The notes under the pieces are model-generated. The model did not search any database and was not told the origin of the DNA. It was given only the letters and a program-made list of their open reading frames with translations. A DNA stretch of 64,000 nucleotides from an uncultured Alphaproteobacteria bacterium. GTDB taxonomy: Bacteria > Pseudomonadota > Alphaproteobacteria > Sphingomonadales > Sphingomonadaceae. This document shows, piece by piece, positions 44,147-54,523 of this stretch; the first letter of the stretch is position 1, and each line of letters begins with the position of its first letter. The stretch covers positions 295,809 to 359,808 of the forward strand of contig CAWDHB010000007.1 of assembly GCA_963802015.1 (NCBI GenBank), read 5' to 3'. Both the position numbers and the translations under genes were made by a program.

Positions 44147-45169
44147 ATGCCCGTCGTGTCCGAAAGCTCGCCTGCCGCCCGTTTCACCGGAACCCCGCGT
44201 GTGGTGGTGACCCGGCACCTGATGGACACGGTCGAGGCGCGGATGGGCGAACTGTTCGACGTGGCGCTCAACCCCGAAGACCGCCCGCTCAGCCGGCGAT
44301 GAACTGATCGCCGCGATGGCGCGGGGCCGATGTGCTGGTGCCCACTGTGACCGACCGGATCGACGCCGAGATGATCGCGGCGGCCGGAGACCGGCTGAAG
44401 CTGATCGCCAACTTTGGCGCAGGTACCGAACACATCGATCTGGCCGCCGCGCGGGCGCGCAAAATCGTCGTGACCAACACCCCTGGCGTGTTCACCGATG
44501 ATACCGCCGATTTGACGCTGATGCTGATCCTTTCGGTTCCGCGCCGGCTGGGCGAAGGCAGCCGCCTGGTCCGCGATGGCCAGCTGGAGCGGCTGGGCTC
44601 CTTCCGCGATGCTGGGTCACCGGATCGGCGGGCGGCGGCTCGGGATCGTCGGCATGGGCCGGATCGGCCAGGCCGTGGCGCACCGCGCGCGGGCATTCGG
44701 GATGGAAGTCCATATCACAACCGCCACCGCCTGCCCGCCAGTCTGGAGAACATGCTGGGCGCGAGTCTACGAGCCGGACCTCGACGCGCTGATCGCCGGG
44801 GCCGATGTGCTGACGCTGCATTGCCCCGCCAGCGCGGAAACGCAGCAGTTGCTGAATGCCGCGCGGATCGCGACGATGAAGCCCGGGGCCTTCGTGATCA
44901 ATACCGCGCGCGGCGACCTGATCGACGAGGAAGCCCTGATCGCTGCGCTCGAAGCGGGACACCTCGGCGGCGCAGGGCTGGATGTCTATGCGCGCGAACC
45001 GGCGGTTGATCCCCGGCTGATCGCGCTGCCCAATGTGATCACCCTCCCCCACCTCGGCTCCGCCACCCGCGAAGGCCGCGAACACGCGGGCGAAAAGGTG
45101 ATCGCCAACATCCGCTTCTGGGCCGACGGCCACCGCCCGCCCGATCAGGTGCTGGAGGGGTGGGTTTAA
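44147..45169 (+). CDS. D-isomer 2-hydroxyacid (D-glycerate/glyoxylate) dehydrogenase (frameshifted)
   Basis: NTPGV, GIVGMGRIG, LHCP, INTARG, GLDVY..EP, PHLGSAT. Confidence 0.9.
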
Positions 45170-45301
45170 ACCCCCCCCGTTCCGAACGGGACAGGCGCAA
45201 CATTGTTGCGGCTTGGCGCTTGCCGAGACTGCAATCGTTGCTTTAGAGCCGCGCTCTGAAGATTCGCGCAAGCACAGGCTCGCGCGGGGGGAGAATTCGG
45301 G

Positions 45302-46610
45302 ATGCGCAAATTCGCGGCTCTGGGCCTTGCGGCTGGACTCGCACTGCTGCCCAGCCTGGCCTTGGCGCAGGAAGGCGCAGTTGACGCGGTCGATACCGGT
45401 GATACCGCCTGGATCCTCACCTCCTCCGCGCTGGTGCTGCTGATGACCCTGCCGGGGCTGACGCTGTTTTACGGCGGGCTGGTGCGGGCCAAGAATTTCC
45501 TCTCGGTGTTGGTCCAGGTCGGCGCGGTCGCCGCGATTGCCTCGATGCTGTGGATTCTGGTGGGCTACACGCTCGCCTTCGGCCCGGTCTCAAACGGCTG
45601 GCTGGGCGGGTTCGGCAACCTGATGCTCAACAATCTGGGCAATGTCCGCGCCGATACGCTGGTGCCCGAAAGCGGGTTTGCGCTGTTCCAGATGATGTTC
45701 GCGGCGATCACCCCCGCGCTGATGGTTGGCGCCTGGGTCGACCGTGCGCGGTTTGGCTGGGTGGTGGCGTTCTCCGCGCTGTGGGGCCTGCTGGTCTATG
45801 CCCCGGTGGCGCACTGGATCTGGGGCGGCGGCTGGCTGAGCAGCTCGAGTCGGCACAGTCGATTTCGCCGGCGGAATCGTGGTCCACACCACGGCGGGCG
45901 TCTCGGCGCTGGTCGCCGCGATCCTGCTGGGCAAGCGCCTGGGCTTCCCCAAGACACTGATGCTGCCGCACAGCCCGTCGCTGACCATGGTCGGCGCGGG
46001 AATGCTGTGGGTCGGCTGGTTCGGGTTCAACGGCGGCTCGGCGCTGACCGCCAACGATGACGCCGCGATGGCGATCATCAACACCCACATGGGCGCCTGC
46101 ACTGCTGCACTGGTGTGGTTGCTGGTGGAAAAGTTCACGGTCGGCAAATCGACCAGCGTCGGTTTCGCCACTGGCGCGGTTGCGGGCCTGGCGACGGTGA
46201 CTCCGGCGGCGGGCTATATCTCGCCGGGCGCCGCCATAGTCTTCGGCGTGCTCGCGGTCGCGGCCTGCTATCCGATGATCCAGGTGGTCAAGAAGCGCCT
46301 GCAGATCGACGATTCGCTCGACGTCTTCGCGGTCCACGGCGTCGGCGGGATCGCCGGATCGCTGCTGGTCGCGGTGTTCATCAGCGAAAGCCTCGGCGGA
46401 TCGGGCTATACCGAGGGCAAAGACATGCTCAGCCAGCTCGCCGCGCAGGCCGTGGGCGTGGGCGTCGGTCGCGATCTGGTCCGCGATTGCGACCGGCGTG
46501 ATCGCGGTCGGCGTGTCTCGCTGTTCCTGCCGATGCGCGTGGGCGAAGACGCCGAGCGCGAAGGGCTGGACATCACCAGCCACGGCGAACGGGCGTGGGA
46601 GCTGGATTGA
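45302..46610 (+). CDS. amtB: Ammonium transporter (frameshifted)
   Basis: LFYGGLVR, FQMMFA.ITPAL, HWIWGGGW, DFAGG.VVH, WFGFNGGS, DDSLDVF.VHGVGG. Confidence 0.93.
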
Positions 46611-46615
46611 GCGGG

Positions 46616-46958
46616 CTAGCGGCCGATCAGGAGTCTCGATCCCGTCGAGCACGCGATCAAGCTTCTGTCCGGTCACCCGGCCAATGTGTTCACCCAGCGA
46701 GCGCTGGTCGACCGTGATGACTTGCGAGATATTGGCGACGAACTCCGGTCGAGTCCGGTCATCTGGGCGGAAGGCTGACGTTCCCGGCGCGTTTGCCAAT
46801 TTGATCTGACTGGTGATTACGACGCCAACTACGGTGTTGATGGTCATCATGTTGAAAGCGCGACCCTGAATGATCAGCAATGGTCGCCAGTACGCAGGTG
46901 CTGAACCTATCGGCTCGCCAAGGTCAGCCCAAAAGATGTCACCCTGCTCAATCACCAA
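46616..46958 (-). CDS. PemK/MazF family toxin (error-rich)
   Basis: QGDIFWADLGEPIGSAPAYWRPLLIIQ...FN, ITS, ANAPG, ANISQVITVD. Confidence 0.85.
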
Positions 46959-47180
46959 TCTGCGCGTCGCGCCAATTAGCGACGCAGCTCGGCGCACGAA
47001 CGGGAGGTCTTCTTCCTGATCGATCTCGGCAAGCGCGGTGTTCCAGGCAGCGGTTATTTCGTCATCGCGGCTTTTGCGCAGTCGATCACGGAGGGCTTGT
47101 GCGAAAACGCGCTCCGGCTTTCGCCATCGCTTCGGCAAAGCGTCGCCTCGGACCTCGGAATCGCGCGGCACTCAACGGCG
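46950..47180 (-). CDS. Probable RHH antitoxin cognate to the MazF toxin (garbled N-terminus)
   Basis: FAQALRDRLRKSRDDEITAAWNTAL directly upstream of the toxin; boundaries uncertain. Confidence 0.55.
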
Positions 47181-47184
47181 GTGA

Positions 47185-48607
47185 TCAGTCGCCAGTGCAG
47201 AATTCCGATCGACCAGTTCCTTCACCGTCGGCGTGAAGTTGTTCGAATAGAACGGGTCCTGCTTGAACCGGTAGGCCGCATGCCCGGCGAACATCAGGTT
47301 CTTTTCCATCGGCCCGCCGTGGGCGATGTCTTGCAGGGTCTTCTGGATGCAGAAGCTGCGCGGATCGACCAGCCGTCCGGTGGTGTAATCGTCATGGTCC
47401 TTCCATGATGAGAACCCGCAGTGCGAGAGGCAGCCCATGCAGTCCTTCTGGTCCTGCTGGATCATCGCGCGCTCGTCCGGGGCGACAAACACGATGGTAT
47501 CGTCGGGGGTGCGCAGGCCTTCGGTGAAGCCATCGAGCACCCAGCCGCGCGCGCGCTGCAGATCGCGCGGGGTGACCCAGAAGTTCTTGCCCTTCACCCC
47601 ACGTCGAGCCGCACGGTGTGGTCGCCAGCTTCGACCTTCGAATAAGGAATTTGCCGCTCGCTGCGCGCTTCCAGGCTGCGCAGGAACGGGTTGCGGACTG
47701 CCGAGGAATAGAAACCCGTCGGGGAGAAGCGGTGCAACAGCACGTCGCCTTCGTTGATTTCGCGCAGCGCGTCCTTCCAGCCCTGCGGGATCGGGCTTTC
47801 CTCAGTCAGCAAGGGCCGCGTGCCGAACTGGAACGCGATGCTGCCCAGTTCCGGATTATCGACCCAGTTGTCCCATTCGCGCAGGAACCACACGCCGCCG
47901 GCCATGACGATCGGCACGTCATCCGAAATCGCCCTCAGCGCGCATCACATCGCGCAGCGCCTTGACGCGGGGGTACGGGTCTTCGGGCTGCAGCGGGTCT
48001 TCGGCGTTGGACAGGCCATTGTGCCCGCCCGCCAGCCACGGGTCTTCATAGACCACCGCGCCCAGCAAGTGCGGCACCTTGTGATAGGCGCGCTTCCACA
48101 GCGCGCGGAACGCCCGGGCTGAGCTGACAATCGGCAGGTAGTGAACGTTGTAGCCGCTCGGCGATCTCGCTGAGCTTGTAGGGCATGCCCGCGCCACAGG
48201 TGACCCCGGTGATCATGCCCTGGGTTTGCGCCAGCACGCCTTCGAGGATCGGCTGCGCGCCGCCCATTTCCCACAGCACGTTGATGTTGATCGCGCCCTT
48301 GCCGCCTGACAATCGCATGCGCCGCCTTGACCTGCGCCACCGCGCCATCGATCCCGTACTGGATCAACTGTTCATGGCGTTCCTTGCGGGTCATCGCATC
48401 GTAGACCTGCGGCACGATCTTGCCTTCGGCGTCATAGCTGTCAGCATTGACCGCGCTGACCGTGCCGATTCCGCCCGCCGCAGCCCAGGCGCCCGAGCTC
48501 ATCCCGTTAGTGGCGGAAACGCCCTTGCCGCCTTCGATCACTGGCCAGACTTCACGTCCGCCATAGATAATCGGCTTCAACCCTTTGAAGGCACCTGCAG
48601 AATTCAT
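47185..48607 (-). CDS. Nitronate monooxygenase-family flavin oxidoreductase (frameshifted)
   Basis: EGGKGV, TCGAGMPY, EDPWLAGGHNG, VMAGG, FQFGTR, CMGCLSHC. Confidence 0.88.
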
Positions 48608-49335
48608 TTTGCTCCCAACTTCCCCGTTGCAGCCGAACACGGCTTGATCGCCCCCGGCGCGGGCGCTGGCCCGGCCACTTCAAACTGCGCATAATAGCCC
48701 TTGAGTTCAGGCTTACGGACAAATTCCACCAAGCGAAAGCCCAGCGCCTGAAATTCGCAAAACAGCAGACTGGGCGGGATTCCGTGCTGATCGGCCGGTC
48801 GGTCAACATCGACCACAATCACCTGCCCACCGGGGCGCAGCGCGGGCCGCATCCGCCACAGGAACGCGTAAGGCTCAGTCACTTCGTGGTACATGTGGAC
48901 CATGAACACGCGGTCAAAGCTGGCCTTGGGCAGCTGCGGATCATCAGCCGCGCCCAGCTTGATCGAAACATTGTCGAGCCGGTCCCGCTCGACCCGCGCG
49001 CCGAGCCGCCGCAGCGCCTCGCGATCGATATCCTGCGCCAGCACCCGGCCCTTCGTGCCGACCCGTTCGGCCAGCCGCACCGTATAGTAACCCTCGCCCG
49101 CACCGATATCGGCTACGGTGGTTCCTGCACCAATCGCAGCGAGGTCCATCACGACCTTGGCCTCGCCCAAATTGTCGCGGGTGTCTTCGTTGGAGAACTC
49201 ATTGCTGGTGACAGCCGAGACCGGGCGTGCAGCCTTCGGAAACTCGTCGGCCGCGTCGCTGAGTCCGCCGCTGGCCTGCTGACAGCCAGCAAGCAGGGCA
49301 AAACCGATAGCGAGCGAGAAGCGAAGAGCGAGCAT
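48604..49335 (-). CDS. Class I SAM-dependent methyltransferase, predicted lipoprotein
   Basis: Lipobox LAGC, VADIGAGEGYY, HMYHE, LRPGG. Confidence 0.88.
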   Translation of the reverse strand: MLALRFSLAIGFALLAGCQQASGGLSDAADEFPKAARPVSAVTSNEFSNEDTRDNLGEAKVVMDLAAIGAGTTVADIGAGEGYYTVRLAERVGTKGRVLAQDIDREALRRLGARVERDRLDNVSIKLGAADDPQLPKASFDRVFMVHMYHEVTEPYAFLWRMRPALRPGGQVIVVDVDRPADQHGIPPSLLFCEFQALGFRLVEFVRKPELKGYYAQFEVAGPAPAPGAIKPCSAATGKLGAK

Positions 49336-49464
49336 GGTCACCACGGGCCTTAGCCGAGCGATCCGGGCTTGGCAAAGCGAGAGGCTTGAACCGCAGCACC
49401 GGCCCGGCTTCGCCCTTGCCAAGTGTTCGATAATCGGGGACTATTCGTGCAAGTGGAGGTCTGC

Positions 49465-50190
49465 ATGAAACGATCCCGGACTACCGCTGCGGCGCTGCTC
49501 GCACTCTCGATCCCGGCGGCGCAGGCCCAGCAGGTCGACCCTGCCGCGCAAGCCGCCGGCCTGGGCGAAGTCATGGTTTCAGGCAACCGGCTGAACGCAC
49601 CGTATGCGCAGCAGGATCGCCCGGTCATCGGGCTGCGGCGCAAGGCCAATTCAGCGGTAATGTCGCTGTTCATCGCCTCCGACACCCGCGAAGCTGCCAC
49701 CCGCACGCAAGAGATTTACACCGTCCTGCTCGCCGCGATGGACAAGGCATCGGCAGCGGGGCTTGAACTGGTCTCCGGCGGTGTGCCGATCCAGCGGGTC
49801 ACGCGGGAAAACTACAAGCTGCTGCCGCTGCTGGGCGCAGGCCGGGTGGATACCTCGCAAGTGCAAGTGCTGGTCAAAGCGCGACTGGACGGTTCCGCCA
49901 CGGCCACCGAAGCGCGGTTGCGCACGTTCATCGCCGGTCTCAGGGGCACGGGCCGCGCCACGGTCAGCACCCCCGGCGGGATCGCGCTGACGGTGATTGA
50001 CCCTGATCAGTACCGCGACGCCATTGTCCGGTTGGTGGCGGACGAGGCCAAGCGCAACGCCGCGATCTTCGGCCCGGACTTTACCGTCAGCCTGACCGGG
50101 ATCGACGGGCAGCTCAATTGGTCGCAGGTCAGCAGCAGCGAGGTCATGCTCTATATTCCCTATCGCTACACCATCCTGCCCAAGCGCTGA
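49465..50190 (+). CDS. Secreted hypothetical protein, paralogue 1
   Basis: GGAGG RBS, signal peptide ending AQA, EVMVSG, and motifs shared with the next gene. Confidence 0.8.
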   Translation: MKRSRTTAAALLALSIPAAQAQQVDPAAQAAGLGEVMVSGNRLNAPYAQQDRPVIGLRRKANSAVMSLFIASDTREAATRTQEIYTVLLAAMDKASAAGLELVSGGVPIQRVTRENYKLLPLLGAGRVDTSQVQVLVKARLDGSATATEARLRTFIAGLRGTGRATVSTPGGIALTVIDPDQYRDAIVRLVADEAKRNAAIFGPDFTVSLTGIDGQLNWSQVSSSEVMLYIPYRYTILPKR

Positions 50191-50205
50191 CAGCGGAGCC
50201 AGCCG

Positions 50206-51036
50206 ATGAAAAACCTCGCGCGCATCGCAATCCTCGCCCTCGCCCTGTCGGCTGCACCCATGCTGGCGCAGGATGACGATGGCGGCGGCGGTGAAGCTGG
50301 CGGCAGCTACGAAGCAATCGTCGTCACGGGTTCGCGGATAGGGGGACCAGTTGCGGGGCTCCCCGTGGCCGATCGCCGCCCGGTGGTGGGCCTGCGCCGC
50401 CCGGCAGACGGGGTGGTGCGGCGGATCGAGATCACCTCGGACTCGCGCGAGGAAGCCATGAGGCGTGATGAGGTGGAGGCAATGTTCCTCGCCGCACTCG
50501 ACCGGGCCAAGCGCGAAGGCCTGAGCCTCGTCACCGGCGAACTGGAAGTTACCGAAGTCACCCGCGACAACTGGCGCACGTTGTTCCCGGGCTTGGCAAA
50601 ATCCGCACAGGATGATGACGATGAAGACGACGAGGATTATGACGACGACGATGACGATGACGACAATGGCCGGGTGAAGCCCGGCTACGAAGACGATGGC
50701 AGCACCGCCACGCTGCGGTTGCGGGTCAAGACCAAGCTGACTGGCTCGATCCTCGACGCCCAGCGCAAGATCACCACGTTCGTCAAAGCCGTACCTGCCA
50801 GCGGCCGCTCCGAAATCATCCAGAAGGGCGATCTGGCGCTGACCATCGTCAACCCGGAACAATACCGCGATGAAATCTACAAGCGGATCGCCGCCGCCGT
50901 CACCCGCGCAGGCGGCTTCTATGGCCCGGAATACGGCGCGGAAGTAACCGGCCTCGACCGCGAACTGGCCTGGGCGCAGGTCAGCAATACCGACGTGTTT
51001 CTGTATGTGCCTTACAGTTTTGTGGTTTCGAAGTAG
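50206..51036 (+). CDS. Secreted hypothetical protein, paralogue 2 (acidic insertion)
   Basis: Signal peptide, EAIVVTGSRI, poly-Asp/Glu tract, shared motifs. Confidence 0.8.
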   Translation: MKNLARIAILALALSAAPMLAQDDDGGGGEAGGSYEAIVVTGSRIGGPVAGLPVADRRPVVGLRRPADGVVRRIEITSDSREEAMRRDEVEAMFLAALDRAKREGLSLVTGELEVTEVTRDNWRTLFPGLAKSAQDDDDEDDEDYDDDDDDDDNGRVKPGYEDDGSTATLRLRVKTKLTGSILDAQRKITTFVKAVPASGRSEIIQKGDLALTIVNPEQYRDEIYKRIAAAVTRAGGFYGPEYGAEVTGLDRELAWAQVSNTDVFLYVPYSFVVSK

Positions 51037-51062
51037 CGGTGAGGCTGCGCAAGCTCGCAAGC

Positions 51063-51449
51063 TCACCAAAGGCGGTTCACGGCGAACCCATCAAACAGCG
51101 CTTCGTTTGAAACCAGCATCAGATCATCCGCCCGCGCCTGTGCGATCAACAGCCGATCAAACGGGTCTTTGTGCGCAATGTTCATTTCACCGGCCAACCG
51201 CGCATGGCGGACCGATATGGCCAGTTCGAGGAACCCCTGATCTGCGATGATGCTTTCAAAGTCTTGCGCCAGCAGCGCAGCGTCGGGCAGCTTGCCGATC
51301 CGGAACTTGGTCGCGATTTCCATGGCCGAAGCCGCACTGACCAGCACCGTGTTGCGGTCATCCCCGATCGCCGCAATCGCCGGGCGGCTTAGCGCCGAAT
51401 CCCCAGCCAGCCACCAGATCAACGCGTGGGTATCAAGCAGCAGTTTCAC
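51063..51449 (-). CDS. vapC: VapC (PIN domain) toxin
   Basis: LLLDTHALIW, S..EIA.K, HKDPFDRLLIAQA. Confidence 0.93.
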   Translation of the reverse strand: MKLLLDTHALIWWLAGDSALSRPAIAAIGDDRNTVLVSAASAMEIATKFRIGKLPDAALLAQDFESIIADQGFLELAISVRHARLAGEMNIAHKDPFDRLLIAQARADDLMLVSNEALFDGFAVNRLW

Positions 51450-51679
51450 CCTTGTTCCCAGCTATCCAGCTCTGCCTGCAACAGTGGCTCCGCAAAGCGT
51501 GCATCAATCGCAATCTGGCCTTTCAACGCGCCAAACCGCCGCTGCCCACGCGGCTTGACCGGCACCAACCGGACGGCGGGAACATTGCCCCGCGCAATCA
51601 CCACCTCCCCGCCTGCCAGCGCTTCGGCAATCAGCTTGGACAGGTTGGTCTTGGCATCATGGACAGTGAATTGCGTCAT
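51446..51679 (-). CDS. Phd/YefM family antitoxin
   Basis: TVHDAKTNLSKLI...GGEVVIARG..P.VRLVP; GTGA overlap with vapC. Confidence 0.92.
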   Translation of the reverse strand: MTQFTVHDAKTNLSKLIAEALAGGEVVIARGNVPAVRLVPVKPRGQRRFGALKGQIAIDARFAEPLLQAELDSWEQG

Positions 51680-51689
51680 GCTAAACTCC

Positions 51690-51709
51690 TTAGCTAACCA
51701 CATAGCTAA
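51690..51709. promoter_or_regulatory. TA operator palindrome
   Basis: TTAGCTA-N6-TAGCTAA just upstream of the antitoxin ATG. Confidence 0.65.
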
Positions 51710-51777
51710 TATTGGAGTTTGCTGCAAGGTTAGTCGAGATCAGCTCGCTCAAAGCGAATAGAGTGTGGCAGTCATCC

Positions 51778-52905
51778 TCAATCCACGTCCTCAACGTCAA
51801 CCTTTTCACCCGTCACGCGCTGCGCCAAAGCAGCGGCCATGAATTGATCCACATCGCCATCGAGCACGTCGGCAGGAGTGGGTGAAGTAACCCCAGTTCG
51901 GAGATCTTTGACCATCTGGTAGGGTTGCAGCACATAGCTGCGGATCTGGTGGCCCCAGCCGATGTCACTCTTGGCGGCATGTTCGGCACCGGCGGCTTCT
52001 TCGCGCTTCTGCATTTCGGCTTCCCACAGCCGCGACTTGAGCATCCCCATACAGATGTCGCGGTTCTTGTGCTGGCTGCGGTCCTGCTGGCTGGCAACGA
52101 TGATTCCGCTGGGCACGTGCGTCATCCGCACCGCCGAATCCGTAGTGTTGACGTGCTGACCGCCAGCGCCGCTCGCGCGGTAAGTATCGATCTTGAGGTC
52201 GGCCGGGTTGATCTCGATCTGGAAAGTGTCATCGATCACCGGATAGACCCAGACCGAGCTGAAGCTGGTGTGCCGCCGCGCTGAAAAGTCATAGGGGCTG
52301 ATCCGGACCAGCCGGTGCACGCCACTTTCGGTCTTGGCCCAGCCGTAGGCGTTCTCACCTTTGACCTGGATTGTCGCAGACTTTATTCCGGCCTGCTCGC
52401 CCGCCTGATATTCGATCGTTTCGCACTTGAACCCACGCTTGTCGGCCCAGCGGACGTACATGCGGAACAGCATTTCGGCCCAGTCCTGGCTCTCAGTGCC
52501 GCCTGCCCCGGCGTGGATTTCGATGAAGGTATCGAGCCCGTCGGCCTCGCCTGCAAGCAAGGCCTGGACCTTGTCCGCATCGGCGCGTTTGGCCAGCGCG
52601 GCCAGTGCAGAGAGCCCCTCGTCAATCGTTTCCTGATCGTCCTCGGCCTCGCCCAGTTCGACATATTCGATCGCATCGGCCATCTGCTTGCTGATATCGG
52701 TGACCGTGCCGATTGCCGCTTCCAGCCGCCGCCGCTCGCGCATGACGGCCTCGGCGTCCTTGGGATTGTTCCACAGGCTGGGGTCTTCAACCCGCGCGTT
52801 CAGCTCGTCGAGGCGGCGCAGCGCACGGTCCCAGTCCAGGAACTTCCGCACCAGTGCCAATGCCGCTTCGATCCGGTCAATATGGGCCTGCCCCTCGGCA
52901 CGCAT
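51778..52905 (-). CDS. prfB: Peptide chain release factor 2 (no programmed frameshift)
   Basis: GAGGTESQDW, GVHRLVRISPY, GAGGQHVN, WGHQIRSYV; continuous 375-aa ORF. Confidence 0.97.
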   Translation of the reverse strand: MRAEGQAHIDRIEAALALVRKFLDWDRALRRLDELNARVEDPSLWNNPKDAEAVMRERRRLEAAIGTVTDISKQMADAIEYVELGEAEDDQETIDEGLSALAALAKRADADKVQALLAGEADGLDTFIEIHAGAGGTESQDWAEMLFRMYVRWADKRGFKCETIEYQAGEQAGIKSATIQVKGENAYGWAKTESGVHRLVRISPYDFSARRHTSFSSVWVYPVIDDTFQIEINPADLKIDTYRASGAGGQHVNTTDSAVRMTHVPSGIIVASQQDRSQHKNRDICMGMLKSRLWEAEMQKREEAAGAEHAAKSDIGWGHQIRSYVLQPYQMVKDLRTGVTSPTPADVLDGDVDQFMAAALAQRVTGEKVDVEDVD

Positions 52906-52986
52906 TGCAAAGTCTCACTTCAAGAATTCGGGAGACCGCGCGTTAGCCGGATTGCACGCAAAGTAAAGGCGGCAGCGCGTTCCGGG

Positions 52987-53846
52987 TCAGCCCGCGCCAG
53001 CAACTTTACGGCGGCGGCGGCGGGCAAATGCCAGCGCGAAGGTTGCTCCCCCGAACAGGCCGAGCATCCCAGGTTCCGGTACCTGCACCACCCCGCCACC
53101 ACCAAATTGCGGCAGGTTCCACGAACCAGAGAACATCATATCCCACAACCCGGCGCGCGAATTGCCGTTGACCGGATTGTAGATCGCGGCGTTGCGGATC
53201 ATCAGCTGGGTACCCGTGCTATCACTGCCCAGAAAATACGAATTATAGTCATATTGCAGCGGTGCACATTGAAAGGTTTGGCAGCCCGTCAACTGACCGG
53301 TTGCAGCGTCAAACACGAAACCAGCGCCCCACAGATCGCCCGCGCCGAAACCACCGCTGCCTTCGATGCTGTAAGTGTCTGCGTTGTAATCATAGACCAC
53401 AGTCATGCCGGTGTAAGGCGGTTCACCGTAAGTTCGGCGAATACCGGATCGGCCCGGAAATGTCAGCGGCTGTGGCATTACCCAGCGGCTGGCCAGAACC
53501 GGAACTCGGCGTTGTCACGCGAAATCCGGTAGATCCCGTCCGCCGCCAGCTGCCCCTGATAGGTCGTGTCATAGAACGCCTTGGTCGGCACAACCGCGTT
53601 GAAGCTGACCGATACCGGTGCGTCCTGTGCGTAGGGGAATTCCGGAACCGGCCCAGTATAGGGCACGTAGCTGCCATCGGGCTGACGAATACGAATGGTA
53701 TTGGTCGCCGTGTTGGAAACCACGCCCGTGAATGTCACATTCAGCGTGCGTGACGTCGGCGCGGTCTGGGCCAAGGCTGGCGTGGCCGCCAATGCCAGGC
53801 CAAGCAGCCCTCCGACCATGCGACGAACAAAATTTCCGACTGTCAT
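52987..53846 (-). CDS. PEP-CTERM sorting-domain protein (frameshifted)
   Basis: Signal peptide ending ALA; C-terminal VPEPGMLGLFG...TM...RRRRRK. Confidence 0.88.
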
Positions 53847-53949
53847 AGGATTGCGCCCCCTTAACTGGATATTCACCAAGTCAAAGGCCAAACACGCAAC
53901 AATTCAAGCCATTTAAGCGAGGCGTTCCGAATTGGGACGCCGCATCCGC

Positions 53950-54504
53950 CTATCGCCGCAGCGTCCGCACCGCTGCCAGCGTCTGCTGTACATGGTGCTT
54001 GTAGTCCATGTCCGAATGGACGAATTTGATCCGCCCGTCGCGCCCGATCACATAGCTGGTCCGCGTGGTCAGCCCAGTGGAAGTGCCATTACGCTTCAGA
54101 TCAACATCGTAGGCGCGGATGATCGCTGGGCTGGCGGCAACGACTGCGAATTTGTCGCGGCAGGCTTCCTTGGAAAAGCGTTCCAGCGTGGGCAGGTCAT
54201 CGGCGGACAGGCCGATCACTGTGGCTCCGGCCTTGCGAAAATCGGCGCTGGCCTCGGCAAAGGCATTGGCTTCCAGCGTGCAGCCTTGCGTGAAGGCCTT
54301 GGGATAGAAGTACAACACCACCGGGCCTTTACGCAGCGCAGCTTGCAGGTTGAACGCAAACCGCTTGCCCGCCAATGCGCCCTGCGCGGCAAAGCCGGGG
54401 GCCTTGGCTCCGGCTGGCAGGTCTGCCGCTCCGCTCATCGGCATCGCCAGCACGGTCAAACCAGCCAGCAAGGCTCCGGTACGGCTCAAAAATCGGCGCT
54501 GCAT
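53950..54504 (-). CDS. Peroxiredoxin (Bcp/PrxQ type) with signal peptide
   Basis: LYFYPKAFTQGCTLEA, RTSYVI..DG.I. Confidence 0.9.
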   Translation of the reverse strand: MQRRFLSRTGALLAGLTVLAMPMSGAADLPAGAKAPGFAAQGALAGKRFAFNLQAALRKGPVVLYFYPKAFTQGCTLEANAFAEASADFRKAGATVIGLSADDLPTLERFSKEACRDKFAVVAASPAIIRAYDVDLKRNGTSTGLTTRTSYVIGRDGRIKFVHSDMDYKHHVQQTLAAVRTLRR

Positions 54505-54523
54505 GGTGCACTCCTGCATCGGG

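Noticed and set aside
45180-45300. Sigma-54 promoter for amtB
   Set aside because: The TGGC and TGC elements do not have the required GG-N10-GC spacing.
50611-50665. GAY/GAR microsatellite as a phase-variation tract
   Set aside because: It is a mixed-codon, in-frame acidic tract, not a pure slippage repeat; the acidic insert in rne is similar.
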